The notes below the pieces were generated by a model, which had not been told where the DNA came from, made no database searches, and saw only the letters and a list, made by a program, of their open reading frames with translations. From positions 3,143,575-3,207,574 of the forward strand of contig CM119264.1 in assembly GCA_051294375.1 (NCBI GenBank): 64,000 bases of DNA. Direction: 5' to 3'. The DNA comes from Paraspadella gotoi. Taxonomy: Eukaryota; Animalia; Chaetognatha. Made by a program: the position numbers and the translations under genes. This document shows, piece after piece, positions 51,314 through 62,835 of the stretch (its first letter is position 1; each line of letters opens with the position of its first letter).

Positions 51314-54300
51314 ATGGATAATGAAAAGATGATAATGGCCGCTTTGGTCTTTGTCTTTCTCAACATTTTTGACACCATCTCTGATTTGTTAACAATGATC
51401 AGATTCTACCAAAAAGACTTTTTAGTGGAGCAATATGTTGGCATTGCTATGGGTATTGTGCTTTTTGTTCACAACAGCGTTTCTGGTTGGCAAATCTGGC
51501 AATCATTATCCACCAATCAATCATTGTATCCACGACTCTCTGGCGTTGGGAAAAAAATTGTAACTTGTGGTCTGTGCGTCTTCGGTCTGGGAAATGTGTT
51601 ATTCTACTTGGATGAGTGTCTCGACTCCTACAAACAACAAAATGCCCATTATGCAATATCGATGTCAGCAAAAATGTCCTTTATCAATTCCCTTAATTTT
51701 CTGCACATCTTGTTAGAGTCTTTTCCTCAATTTTTGCTTCAGGCTTTAGCAATTATTTTGGCCTTGACCAGTGGAACCACTGAGCAGTGTTTGAGAGTAA
51801 ATCTCGGGTAAATCAGTATTTGCAAATATAATACTGACGAGAGAGAAATAATTGTTATGAATTAGTGACTGAGCCGTTCAATATAAGCAGTCCCTGAGCT
51901 TCGGATCAGGCTGTTACACCGTGTTACAGGCGGGTAAAGCGCCCTGTCCCTTGAAACTGCTAGGTGACCTACGGGCTAGAACCCCGGATCTTTGGGTTGG
52001 GAGGCGAATGACTTGCCTCCTCTACCATACTACAATGTATTACTACATGTATAAACATTGTCTTGAACTTTATTTTCATTGCGTTTTTAGATTCGGAGAA
52101 AACAAGAACAGTAATTCTTATGTGTTGCGCCGCAGTGACTTAATATTCATGTGTATTTCCCTTTGATCACACATAACATGACATGACATGACTGTCAAAC
52201 TTTCTATGCCCGTGTATTTATGACATGCACAAATAAAAATTATGTCTTTTATTCCTTATGGTTTTAGGAATTCCTGAAAGTGGCGATAGCAATCCCTTTG
52301 ATTTGTGGTTTTTTCTGTCTTAACAAATGAGCAACCAACTATAGGAAAATTATATGTATTTTTAACATAGTGGGACAGACCGACGGACAGATATACCAAC
52401 CGATGGACCGACCGACAGACCGACCAAAAAGTGACTTATAGCAGGGGAAGCCCAACTCAATGGGGTGAGTCAAAAATTAAGAGTGAGTACATACTCAAAC
52501 GAATATTTAGACATTTTAAGGAATACTTTCAATGGACAAAATTTTTTTAATATGGCTTTATACCCTAGTAATTATTTTTTTAATATTTATTTATAGATAG
52601 GAAAGGCCAAAAGTTTTTTTTATAAATTTTAAATTTTAAGACCAGATTCAGATAGCTCATAAAAAGTTGTCTACATAAAGTATAATTCTTTTTTAAATAT
52701 TTTTTATCAATATTTTTTGATGATTTTTTCATTTTTAAAAGCTGTAATTATATTCATCGTTTAACTTTTTATGATCAATTAGAATCCATCAAAGTTTAAG
52801 ATTTCCAAAAAAACATTTTGCTCTATATAGTAAAATGATATTTTTGATTAGGCTTGTACCCTCAGAAGAAAACATTTTTGACAAAAAAATATTTGAATAC
52901 CATAATTTATGGTTATGATAGATTATTCTAACGCTGTATACATTAGCATTTAAATTTCATCGGCTATGGCTACTTATATAGTTGCTCCGCGAGTACCGTC
53001 TGTCTATCTGTCTGTCCATCACCCTTAGCAAAAAACTTCAATTACTCGTGATTGTGTAGTCGGGCATTGCTTAGGTTCACCCCGCCTATAAGTATGACAC
53101 TTTCAGTCGTGACCCGGTGGCTCATTGAGTAAAGCCATCAGCTCATGACCACTAAGTACCGGGTTCAATCCCAACCCAGTACCTACCATGTGAGAAGAGT
53201 GAGGACGGCCGTAAGCTGCCTTGGGGGCATGGCGCCTTATCCATAATTGGATGGATTGAAATAAAATTTGGAGTATGATTAGAGTTAAATGAAATTTCGT
53301 GTGTGGTTAGAAAAGTGTGTGATTGAGCTGGATATAACGTTCCGTTGGAATCGTGCAAGTGGAAACTAGTTTAAATGGAAAAAACAAGTCACATTTACTT
53401 GAATCTTTTTACTAATTTTAATTTTATTTTGAAGTATTTTTACTTATATTNNNNNNNNNNGGTTCAATCCCAACCCAGTACCTACCATGTGAGAAGAGTG
53501 AGGACGGCCGTAAGCTGCCTTGGGGGCATGGCGCCTTATCCATAATTGGATGGATTGAAATAAAATTTGGAGTATGATTAGAGTTAAATGAAATTTCGTG
53601 TGTGGTTAGAAAAGTGTGTGATTGAGCTGGATATAACGTTCCGTTGGAATCGTGCAAGTGGAAACTAGTTTAAATGGAAAAANNNNNNNNNNCATTTATT
53701 TGAATTTTAAAAGTTTTTCTATCTCTCTCTGATTGATTGATTGATTAATTGATTGATTGATTGATTTACAAAAGTATGCCAGTTGACCAAATTTGCCAGA
53801 TGAAAAAATTATGTCAGTTGACCAAATTATGCTAGTTGACAAAATTATGCCAGATGACCAAATTATGCCAGTTGACCATATTTTACCGGTTGACCAAATT
53901 ATGCCAGTTGACCACTGGTAAAATTTGGTCAACAAGCGTTATTTTGTCATCTGAAAAATAAAGCAAGTTGAATAAATTATTCAAGTTGACCAAATTATGC
54001 AAGTTGGTATTGATTGATAAATCAATTGATTTATAGATTTTTTCATAGATTTATTAAGATGTCTGTTATTATTTGTTATGTTATGGTTTGTTATGATCTT
54101 AAATTGAAAGTAAAAAAAAACTACCGTGATTTATCATCGGATTAGCTTATTACCGCTTAATTATCGTAGGCAGATCCGACATTGTTTGCTCAAACTTGTT
54201 TCAACTTGCATTTTTAGTTGGATCTGCTTATCAGCAGATTCTGACTCTATAATTCACTTTGTCGGTCCGCCCCCTCAATCTTGTCGGGCATTAACTTAAA

Positions 54301-57300
54301 TCATGTCAGGACATCAAATTATGATAAATTATGAAAAAGAAATGTCCGTCCGTCCATCCGTCTGTCTGTTAGTCCGTCCGTCCATTCCCGGGTAGTAGGG
54401 CATTGCATATGCATAAGTTCACCCCACCTTTAGCATGACACCTTCAGTCATTACCCGGTGGCTCATAGAGTAAAGCCATCAGCTCATGACCACTAGGTAC
54501 CGGGTTTAATTCCAACCCGGTACCTACCCTGCAGGAAGCGTGAGGACGTCCGTAAGCCGCCTTGGGGGCGTGAAAAATCCTCAAACATGGTTCCAATCCC
54601 AGGACCAGTTCCATGGCTGCTAGAGGGGGTTAAAGAAGTTGCGGATAGCACTCTTCAGCCCCACTTACGGCCTTATCCACACCCCCTTAGAAAAAAACTC
54701 CAATTACTCGTGATTGGACGGTTTGATTAGAATGAAATTTTGTGTGTCGGTAGGAAAAGGTGTGATTGAGCTGGATATAAAGTTTCGATGGAATCGTAAG
54801 AGTGAAAATGAGTTTCAATGGAAAAAACATAAGTCACTTTTAACCCATAATTATACTAATTAATAATTATTGGATGGATAGAATGAGAATAAATTTTGTA
54901 TGTGGGTTGGAAAGTGTGTGATTGAGCAGAATATAAAGTTTAGATCGAATCTAGGAGTGGAAATTTGTTTGCATGAAAAAACCAAGACGTTATGGCAACA
55001 GCCAGGTTGCCTGTGATGCCCTTTGGGATGGGGAATATCACTGTTGGCTTTGAGGGCTTTCGACCCTCAGTGACGCCTCCAGTCACTGGCGCGGTTACCC
55101 TAGGACGGTCTCGCTTTGCCAACGCAGAGGGAAGTCGTTAGGACTGTGGATGGAACACTACGCCTGGGATGGTGTGTTCCCCCTCTGAGCCAATGGATTT
55201 GGCTGAATGATGGTGGACGTGAGGCGGTGTGAATATACCGCCACAAAGTACATATTTCTTTTGGCATAATTTATCATAATTCGATGTTCTGATATGATTT
55301 AAATGATTTACCGACAAGATTTTGGGGTGGGATTTAAGGACCGACAAAGTGGATTATAGTCGGAATCTGCTAAACAGATCCGACTAAAAATAAAAACAAA
55401 ACTCGATGGTAATTATCAGGATATTAAGCTATTTTCAGTTATTATAAAAACTCTTTCTTTTTCAACAAAGGAAGTAGGCGTGGTTTATTAAGTGAGAAAT
55501 AGGAGTTTTATTGACATAAGAACACGTTAGGATGATGAGAATTAACATACAAAATATGTAGATTATGCAGAGAAAAGGCAGGCAATAAACAATATAACAA
55601 ATAGTCCATAAGGAGTTTGATGTTTGTTTCTTGAAGGTAAGTTGAAGAGTGATCTAGTTCCCTCTCTCGTTTCTCTGCCGTCGGTTTCCTGAGGGAAGCC
55701 TCCTCTCTGATTGGTCAATCAGAAGAAAAGACGTTGTATTCATTTAGAAAAAAAAATATCTTGTACAAAATTGGAAATAACGGAACATTTACCCAAACGT
55801 CTAAACCCTGCGCCTGCAATAGAAAATCCTGTATTTGGGAGATTAATGAATACCTTACTATCATCTCATTCGGTTTGTCAAGCATCAGCTTAGCCTCTTT
55901 TGCTGTTAAATCTCGTGATAAACTGGCATCATTTGTTGGAATTATTGGCCTCATAGAAAGTTGCATTGGTCTTGTTCTAAATATTTATTTGATATATGTT
56001 TGGACCCTAAAGACGTCAATCTGGTTTGCAATTTTGTCACCATTTGCACTCTTAAGGATTTTTACTTTTTCAGAGTTGAGAGATTATCTGTCTAGATTGT
56101 TTGGGCGAGATTCTCTAAAAAAGAAACAGATATCATTTGCCCAATATCTTATAATGATCTCAATGTCAGCTCTGGTAGTCTCCCTTTTTTTAAATGAAGA
56201 TGCACGCATTACTGTAAATTCGTTTTCTAAAATAGTCCAAAAGATTAAGTTAGTATCCTATAATCTTAAAGTGTATTGGACTCAATCTCCAAAAATCATT
56301 TATTATGACAAAATTTACTTCCGCGGGCCTATTTTATCAAAAGTATGTTACAAGCAAACTGGTATAATTGATCATAAAAGATGGGAAAGAATTATAACTG
56401 CTGACATTATAGCATCATGCCGACAATACTTGGCAACTCACCCAAAAAGCAGGTAAAATTATGAAAATTTAGTTTGATTTTTGTACTGCTTATTGCGTAC
56501 ATAAATGATTAAATTTCTTGTTTTTTGCTTTGTTGCACTATTTTTTAAAAAATAGTTCGGGTAATGTCCTTTAATTTTTAAAAATAAAAATCTACTATTC
56601 TAAGAGTAATTAGACCTTGATTTAGGATATATGTATTATTGTATATACTAAAACTATATACCCCGTGTTTGTTCGCGAGTGACACTAAAAAAATGCGTAC
56701 CGAAGTACTGAACGTTTATTTTATAACCTTTTTTTAAAGGTCATTCATTTTCATCCTCAGTAAAAACAGAATTTAAAAAAAAATCATTATAAATTAAGTA
56801 CTAATTAATTACTTAAAATTATTGAAATTCATTTAACTATTAAATGAAGTATTAACTGGGAATCCTTACAATATAAAATAATTATTCAAGACAGTCAAGA
56901 ACTTGCTCAGGACAGCATTTTTTTCTAATTGGGTGTATTGTACAAAGAAAGCTTAAAATTTACAAATAAAATTTAAAAAAAAATCATTACTCAAAATTTC
57001 TAAACATTACAAGAATTCAGATACGCCATTGATAGGGATTTCTTATGATGTCAATTTTTAAATTTTTTTAATGCAACCAAGAACACGCCAAAAATGGTCT
57101 TTTTTCGCCAATCTGTTAGATAAAAAATTAAATTTAGAATAGTAAATGAATTAAACATGAAATTAAACTTATCCACAAAAAACGTCCAGTATATTAAATG
57201 TAAAAGCAAAAGTATTAATTAATCAAATAATTAATCAGTTAATAAATCAATTAGTCAATTAATTAATCAATAATTATTTACGTTTTTAATCAATTAATCA

Positions 57301-59099
57301 ATAAATTAATTTTTGAATCAATCTATTTAATTATCAATCAATCAATCAATCAGTCAATCAATCAATCAAGTCAATTAATTGTTATCGGCGTTATTCTGGT
57401 CTTTATGTAAATTGTTATTGTGACTGTTACTGTTTTTGTTTTTATATTAATATCGTTTTTGTTATCAATAAAAAAAAGTAATGGACCGAGATTTACTTTT
57501 AAAATTAAAAAAAAGGCTCATCGCCCACAACAATCACCCTCTAACAAATATAACCTCAAATTCAGATATTTCTGCTTTTAAAAAAATAAAAGGTCAGTGG
57601 TCTATTCAGATAAAAAATATTTTAACATATACTACAGCATCATATTAATTTTTCTTTTTTATATTATTATGAGAAAAACAGTTTTGGTTTGAAAACGATT
57701 TTTTTGACATAATTAGCCAGACATGTTTCGGCTCATTCAGTTAGAGCCTTCATCAAAGCACTGATGAAGGCTCTAACTGAATGTGCCGAAACATGTCTGG
57801 CTAATTATGTCAAAAAAATCGTTGTCAAACCAAAACTGTTTTTCTCCTAATACTTCAAAAACAACGAAAAGAGAGTATATACATAATGAATATTATTATG
57901 AAAAAAATTTAAAACCTAATTGCTCTTCATTACGATTATATTACAAGTATTTTCCGTATCACTCCAGATTGAACTCCCCGTTTGGTAGATGGAAACTTAT
58001 TCCATCACAATATGACGCGATCGGAAATTACAAATTTCTTGATCCTTCTCACTTACGAATTCTTCTGATGTTGAACATAGATTTGATTTTAGGCTTCATT
58101 TACCTCTTCGTTCATCTGCTGCAAAGAAAGCAACGAGCAAAGATAGCTTTATTGGCCATTGCTTCACTCTCACCTTTGACCGTGGTTGCCCTCAACATCT
58201 ATGCAACGATCACTTATACTCGCGCATTCTCAGATTTGGGTTTTTCGCAATGCAACAATTTTAAGTGTGTTGCTGGTTTGAATCTTAATTCTCTTTACGA
58301 ATTTAATGAATTTCAGTACAAAAGCTTTACAACTTTTACCAAATATTTTTTTACTTCAATTACATCTTACTTTGTTCTTTCATTTTTGGAGGCCTTTGGC
58401 AAAAGGTCTTGGTCAAATTTGTCTATGGCTAATCAACAGTCATTTTGTTTAATTGGAATAATTTCATTTGTGCTTTCGGTCGCTGGTTTCTTGATCTTGG
58501 GAACTCGTGATACAACGCATGAGACGGAATTAATTTTTAAAATGAAGTTTTATCGACAAAATTTTAAGAATTTTCCTTTTGAAAATTGTCATGATGCCAT
58601 TGTTAGCCTGAGCCAGAAAAGTCAATCTTTTTCTATTTATTGTAACATTTCATTTATGCCTTTAATTATTTGGATTGCAGTTGCACTTTTAAAAATTAAA
58701 TGTAAAACAATACATAGATATTGTACAAAAATATCATTTATAATATTTTTGGTAATACCTCCAATATTCATTTTCAATGGACAAAATTTAATGCCAAAAA
58801 TAAATAGAACTCATTATGATGATTTAATTATATTAAATGAAATAATTCCCAATACTGTAAAATCTCAAATAGATTTTCTTTCAACCGAGACACCCTCTTT
58901 CTCTTTTTCTTTGTTCTATTTGAGAAAAACAATGCTTTTGATTGTGAATAAAAAAGATTATTCAAAATACAACTTAGAACCTGGTATGGTTTTCAAAGAG
59001 CTCTTGAGGTTTATCAATTTTGAAAATCAAAACGATTTTAATATTTTTCTTTATTTCTGCATGTTTTTTCCTATTCTCTGTGGGTTTATATATTTTTAA
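51314..59099 (+). CDS. XK-related-like multi-pass membrane protein, copy D (~776 aa; exons 51314-51807, 55748-56452, 57968-59099)
   Basis: FDTISDLL and LLESFPQFLLQ motifs. Two phase-2 GT-AG introns; 494+705+1132=2331 nt in an open frame. Confidence 0.8.
51835..52029 (-). mobile_element. Diverged, internally deleted family-1 solo LTR in intron 1 of copy D
   Basis: Same CCGTTCAATATAAGCAGTCCCTGAGCTTCGGATCAGG core. Flanks ATAC/CTAC. Absent from copies A and C. Confidence 0.75.
53055..53245 (+). mobile_element. Solo LTR-like element, family 2, with internal tRNA-like core; 4-bp TSD ATTG
   Basis: ATTG|TGTAGT...CCTTATCCATA|ATTG, inserted into the HINE motif CGTGATTGGATGG. A box TGGCTCATTGAG, B box GGTTCAATCC, CTCATGA anticodon-loop-like segment. 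Confidence 0.72.
54391..54681 (+). mobile_element. Longer family-2 solo LTR-like element (291 bp)
   Basis: GGTAGT...CCTTATCCACA with flanks CCCG/CCCC. Same tRNA-like core as 53055-53245, and also nested in a HINE (starting ~54210). Confidence 0.68.
54995..55245 (-). mobile_element. Family-3 LTR-like element, 3'-truncated
   Basis: Minus strand TGTGGCGGTATATTCACACCGCC...TTGGCTCAGAGG...; colinear with 26390-26640. Confidence 0.6.
57671..57846. mobile_element. Near-perfect 176-bp palindrome of two back-to-back Penelope-type hammerheads
   Basis: Plus strand CTGATGA-a-GGC...GCC-GAAA-CATG-TC from 57761; minus strand TTGATGA-a-GGCT...AGCC-GAAA-CATG-TC from ~57756. Arms mirror out to GAGAAAAACAG / CTGTTTTTCTC. 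Confidence 0.8.
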
Positions 59100-59416
59100 A
59101 ATGTTATTTTTTTTATCTATTGTAAAAAGTAATGTTTATTTTTAGCATTACTAATTTTCTATAGTGTTACCAAAATATTGACAGCTCTTACTCTGTATTT
59201 AAATAAATTATAGGAGATAACATATTAACAGTTAAAATTTTTAATGACCTATTATGTGAAAGCAATAAAATGATAAAATGGTAAATAATGAAGAAGTTGA
59301 ATATCCCACGCATAAACTTTATAACTGTCAACTTTCTGTGAATTGCAGCCCTCTCAATGAGCGCAATCGCAAAAGCATGCGCCATAAAGTTGATTGATGA
59401 GCAAATTAAGAACTGC

Positions 59417-61227
59417 CTTTTTAGTTGGATATTCTTATCAGCAGATTCCGATTCTATAATTCACTTTGTCGGTCCGTCGGTTTGCCCCCCCCCAATCTTG
59501 TCGGGCATTCACTAAAATTATGTCAGAACCTTGAAATATGATAAATTATGCAAAAAAATTATGTCCGTCCGTCCATCTGTCTGTCTGTCCGTCTGTCCGT
59601 CCCACCTTAGCAAAAAACTCCAATTGGTTGTGATTGGATGGATGGTTCTAGTTGGTGTGCGACTTCGCCATGGCGAAAACGCCATAACTAGAACGCTAGA
59701 TGTAGTTCAGTGCGAAATCGCCAAATCTCGACTTAGTCATGACACCCTCGCCATTTGGCGATTTAGCTGTGAACTAAATCTAGCGTTCGAGTTATGGCGA
59801 TTTCTCCTAAACTAAACTCAGATTAGGGTTAGGTTTGAGGTGGTTTAGGGTTGAGTTGGTTTAGGGTTGATTAGTTTATGGTTAGAGTAGAGTAGTTTAA
59901 GGTTAGAGTTGAGTTAAGTATATTTTAGGGTTAATGTTAATGTCAATTTTAGGGGTAGGGAGGGTATTGTTGATGAACAGGAGTCTTGCGTTAGGGTTAG
60001 GGAAGGTACTGGCGGGGGACATTAGGGATTAGGGTTGAGTCATGAAGATGTACGGGAGGCCTGGGCCCGGTTTAGGGTTAGGGTTGGGAGAAAGGCACAG
60101 AGTTGAACAGGAGGCCCGGTTTAGGGTTGGGAGAAAGGCCTGTGGGTTATGTATTGAAGGCGGTTAGGGTTAGGGTAGAGGCATGGAGGCCTGGTTTAGG
60201 GTTGGGGTTGTGGGAGGGGCCCATGGTTGACGCATCGAAGGCGGTAAGGGTTAGGGTTGGGGCACGGAGATGTACGAGAGGCCCGGGCCCGGGTTAGGGG
60301 AGAGGCATGGAGTTGAACGGGAGGCCCGGTTTAGGACTAGGGGAGGGGCCCGTGGTTGACATGTCCAAGGCAGATAGGGTTAGGGTTTAACGGGAGGCCT
60401 GGGTTAGGGTTGGGGGAGAGGCATGGAGTTGAACCAGAGGCCTGGTTTAGGGTTAGGGTTGAGGGAGGGGCCCGTGGTTGATGTGTCGAAGGCAGTTAGG
60501 GTTAGGGTTGAATGGGAGGTCTGGGTTAGGGTTAGGGTTGGGAGAGGAGCCCGTGGGTGATGCGTTCATCCCCGTGTCTCAACATTAGCCGCGAGCCTCT
60601 CCTCTAACTTACGCCTTACATTATATTCGCTACTTTTATCACTGGCGAGTTCGCCAGTGGGGGTACGGGCGACATCGCCAGGGCCCTGGCAATATCGCCA
60701 TGGCGAAATCGCCAACCAACTAGAACCACACCTGCGACTCGTGCGTGATTCGCCAGCGACATCGCTATTTGAATGAACTACAACTTAGAATTGGAATTAA
60801 ATTTTGTGTGTGGGAAGGGAAGTGTGTGATTTAGCTGGATATATGAAGTTTCGATGGAATCGTTTGAGTGGAAATGAGTATAAATGGAAAAAACATAAAA
60901 ACCTGTTTCGCTAATTGATTATGCTTCTTTTTCTTTTTTTATTAAATGTAAATGCAAGATGTATTAATTAATCAAATAATTAATCAGTTAATTAATAGTT
61001 AATTAATCAATCAATTATTCAATCAATCAATTTATTTAGTTATCTATTAATTAATTATTCAATAATCAATTTATTTATAAAATAATTATTTATTTAATCA
61101 ATCCGTCAATTAATTTATTAATTAAATTATTATTTTAGTATATATAGTTTGTATTAATTAATTAACTAATTATTAATTATTGCTAATGATTGTGGGCACA
61201 TCCGACATTGTTTGCTCAAACTTGTTT
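59417..61227 (+). mobile_element. HINE-like element containing a nested TTAGGG-rich element (59646-60790)
   Basis: Both HINE ends are present. The host motif GATGG|ATTGGAAT is interrupted by TTCTAGTTG...CAACTTAGAA, which encloses ~750 bp of degenerate TTAGGG higher-order repeats. Confidence 0.72.
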
Positions 61228-61499
61228 ATAATTGATTCGTTTTCCGAGCTCTGATAAAAATATTTTTATTTTGTCTATAATTTTTTGCGCACATTTCTTC
61301 ATGGTAAAAACTTCTAAAGCTTCTGCTTGGTAAACGTAATACTACAGAACTAAAAAAATGTTTCAACATGTATTCGCGAAAGATGGAAGTGCATGTTTTT
61401 CCCGGCCTACTCGAATTTTTTTTCGAACAAAAGAGCAGCACATAATTTAAATTTTAGACACTCTTTATTGGACTAACTTCCTTTTTCAAAATCTGAGAA

Positions 61500-62835
61500 A
61501 TATTGTAAAGTGTATATATACTGTATACTTCACATACCCCTCCTCCCAAAAAAGGCCTTATTAATTTTATATTTTATAATGTAATATTAATATGTAATTA
61601 AATTAATAATTAAATTAATATTATAATTATTATAATATTATTATAATATATTATATTATATATATATAGATATATATATAAGAAATATATAATCAATTAT
61701 TATAATATTTATTATAATATCGATTATAATTAAATTAATATTAAATTAATATTGTTAAAGTGTATATATACTGTATACTTCACATACCCCTCCTCCAAAA
61801 AAGCCTTATAAATTTATCTATTTATAATGTAATATTTAATATTGTATAATTAAATTTAATATTATAACTATTCAATATCTATAAATTATATAATACTTAT
61901 TATAATATATATTATTATATATTATAATATATAGTATAAATATAATATATAATTATTATTTATTATATATTAATATAGATATTATAATTAAAATTAAATA
62001 TTTAAATTTAAATATTGTTAAAGTGTATATATACTGTATTACTTCACATATCCCCTCCTCCCAAAAAAGGCCTTATTAATTTTATATTTATAATTGTAAT
62101 ATAATATTGTATAATTTAACATTAATAAATTAATATTATAATTATTATAATATTATGTAAATATATATTATTATATATTATAATTATAATATATAATTAT
62201 AATATATAATATTATTGATAATATTAATAAATTATAATTAAAATTAATTAAAATAATATTGTAACTGTGTATCTACTAATGACTGTTATACTTCACATAC
62301 CCTCCTCCCAAAAAAGGCCTTATTTAATTTTTATTATTTTTAATTAATGTAAATTAATATTGTATAATATAAATTAATATTAAATTAATATTATAATTAT
62401 ATATAATATTATAGTACGAATATTATTCATCTATATATATTAATAATATATATAATATAATATATAATATTATCTATAATATATTATAATATTATAATTA
62501 AATTAATATTAATTAATATTGTAAAGTGTATATATACTGTATACTTCACATACCCCTCCTCCCAAAAAAGGCCTTATTAATTTTATAAATATTTATAATT
62601 AATATTAATATGTATAATTAAATTAATATTAAATTAATATTATAATTATTATAATATTATTATAATATATTTATTATTATATATTATAATATTCATATAT
62701 AATAAATATATTAATATTATTATAATATTTATTATAATATTATAATTAAATTAATATTAAATTATATTGTAAAGTGTATATATACTGTATACTTCACATA
62801 CCCTCTCCCCAAAAAAGGCCTTATTAATTTTATAT
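61500..62835. repeat. ~250-bp AT-rich tandem repeat, ~5.3 units
   Basis: Core GTAAAGTGTATATATACTGTATACTTCACATACCCCTCCTCCCAAAAAAGGCCTTATT at ~61505, 61753, 62017, 62260, 62521 and 62769, separated by almost pure A/T. Confidence 0.9.

Noticed and set aside
53451-53692. Second copy of the family-2/HINE segment and duplicated ORF (53461-53682)
   Set aside because: Apparently identical to 53162-53383 and bounded by N gaps on both sides; most likely an assembly overlap artefact.
55011-55023. CTGTGATGCCCTT match to 18S rRNA
   Set aside because: Only ~13 nt, with no flanking rRNA similarity; the other copy of the family differs at this site.
57783-57967. N-terminal extension of the 438-aa ORF in copy D
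   Set aside because: It begins inside the hammerhead palindrome and is absent from paralogs. A phase-compatible acceptor at 57967 makes it intronic read-through.
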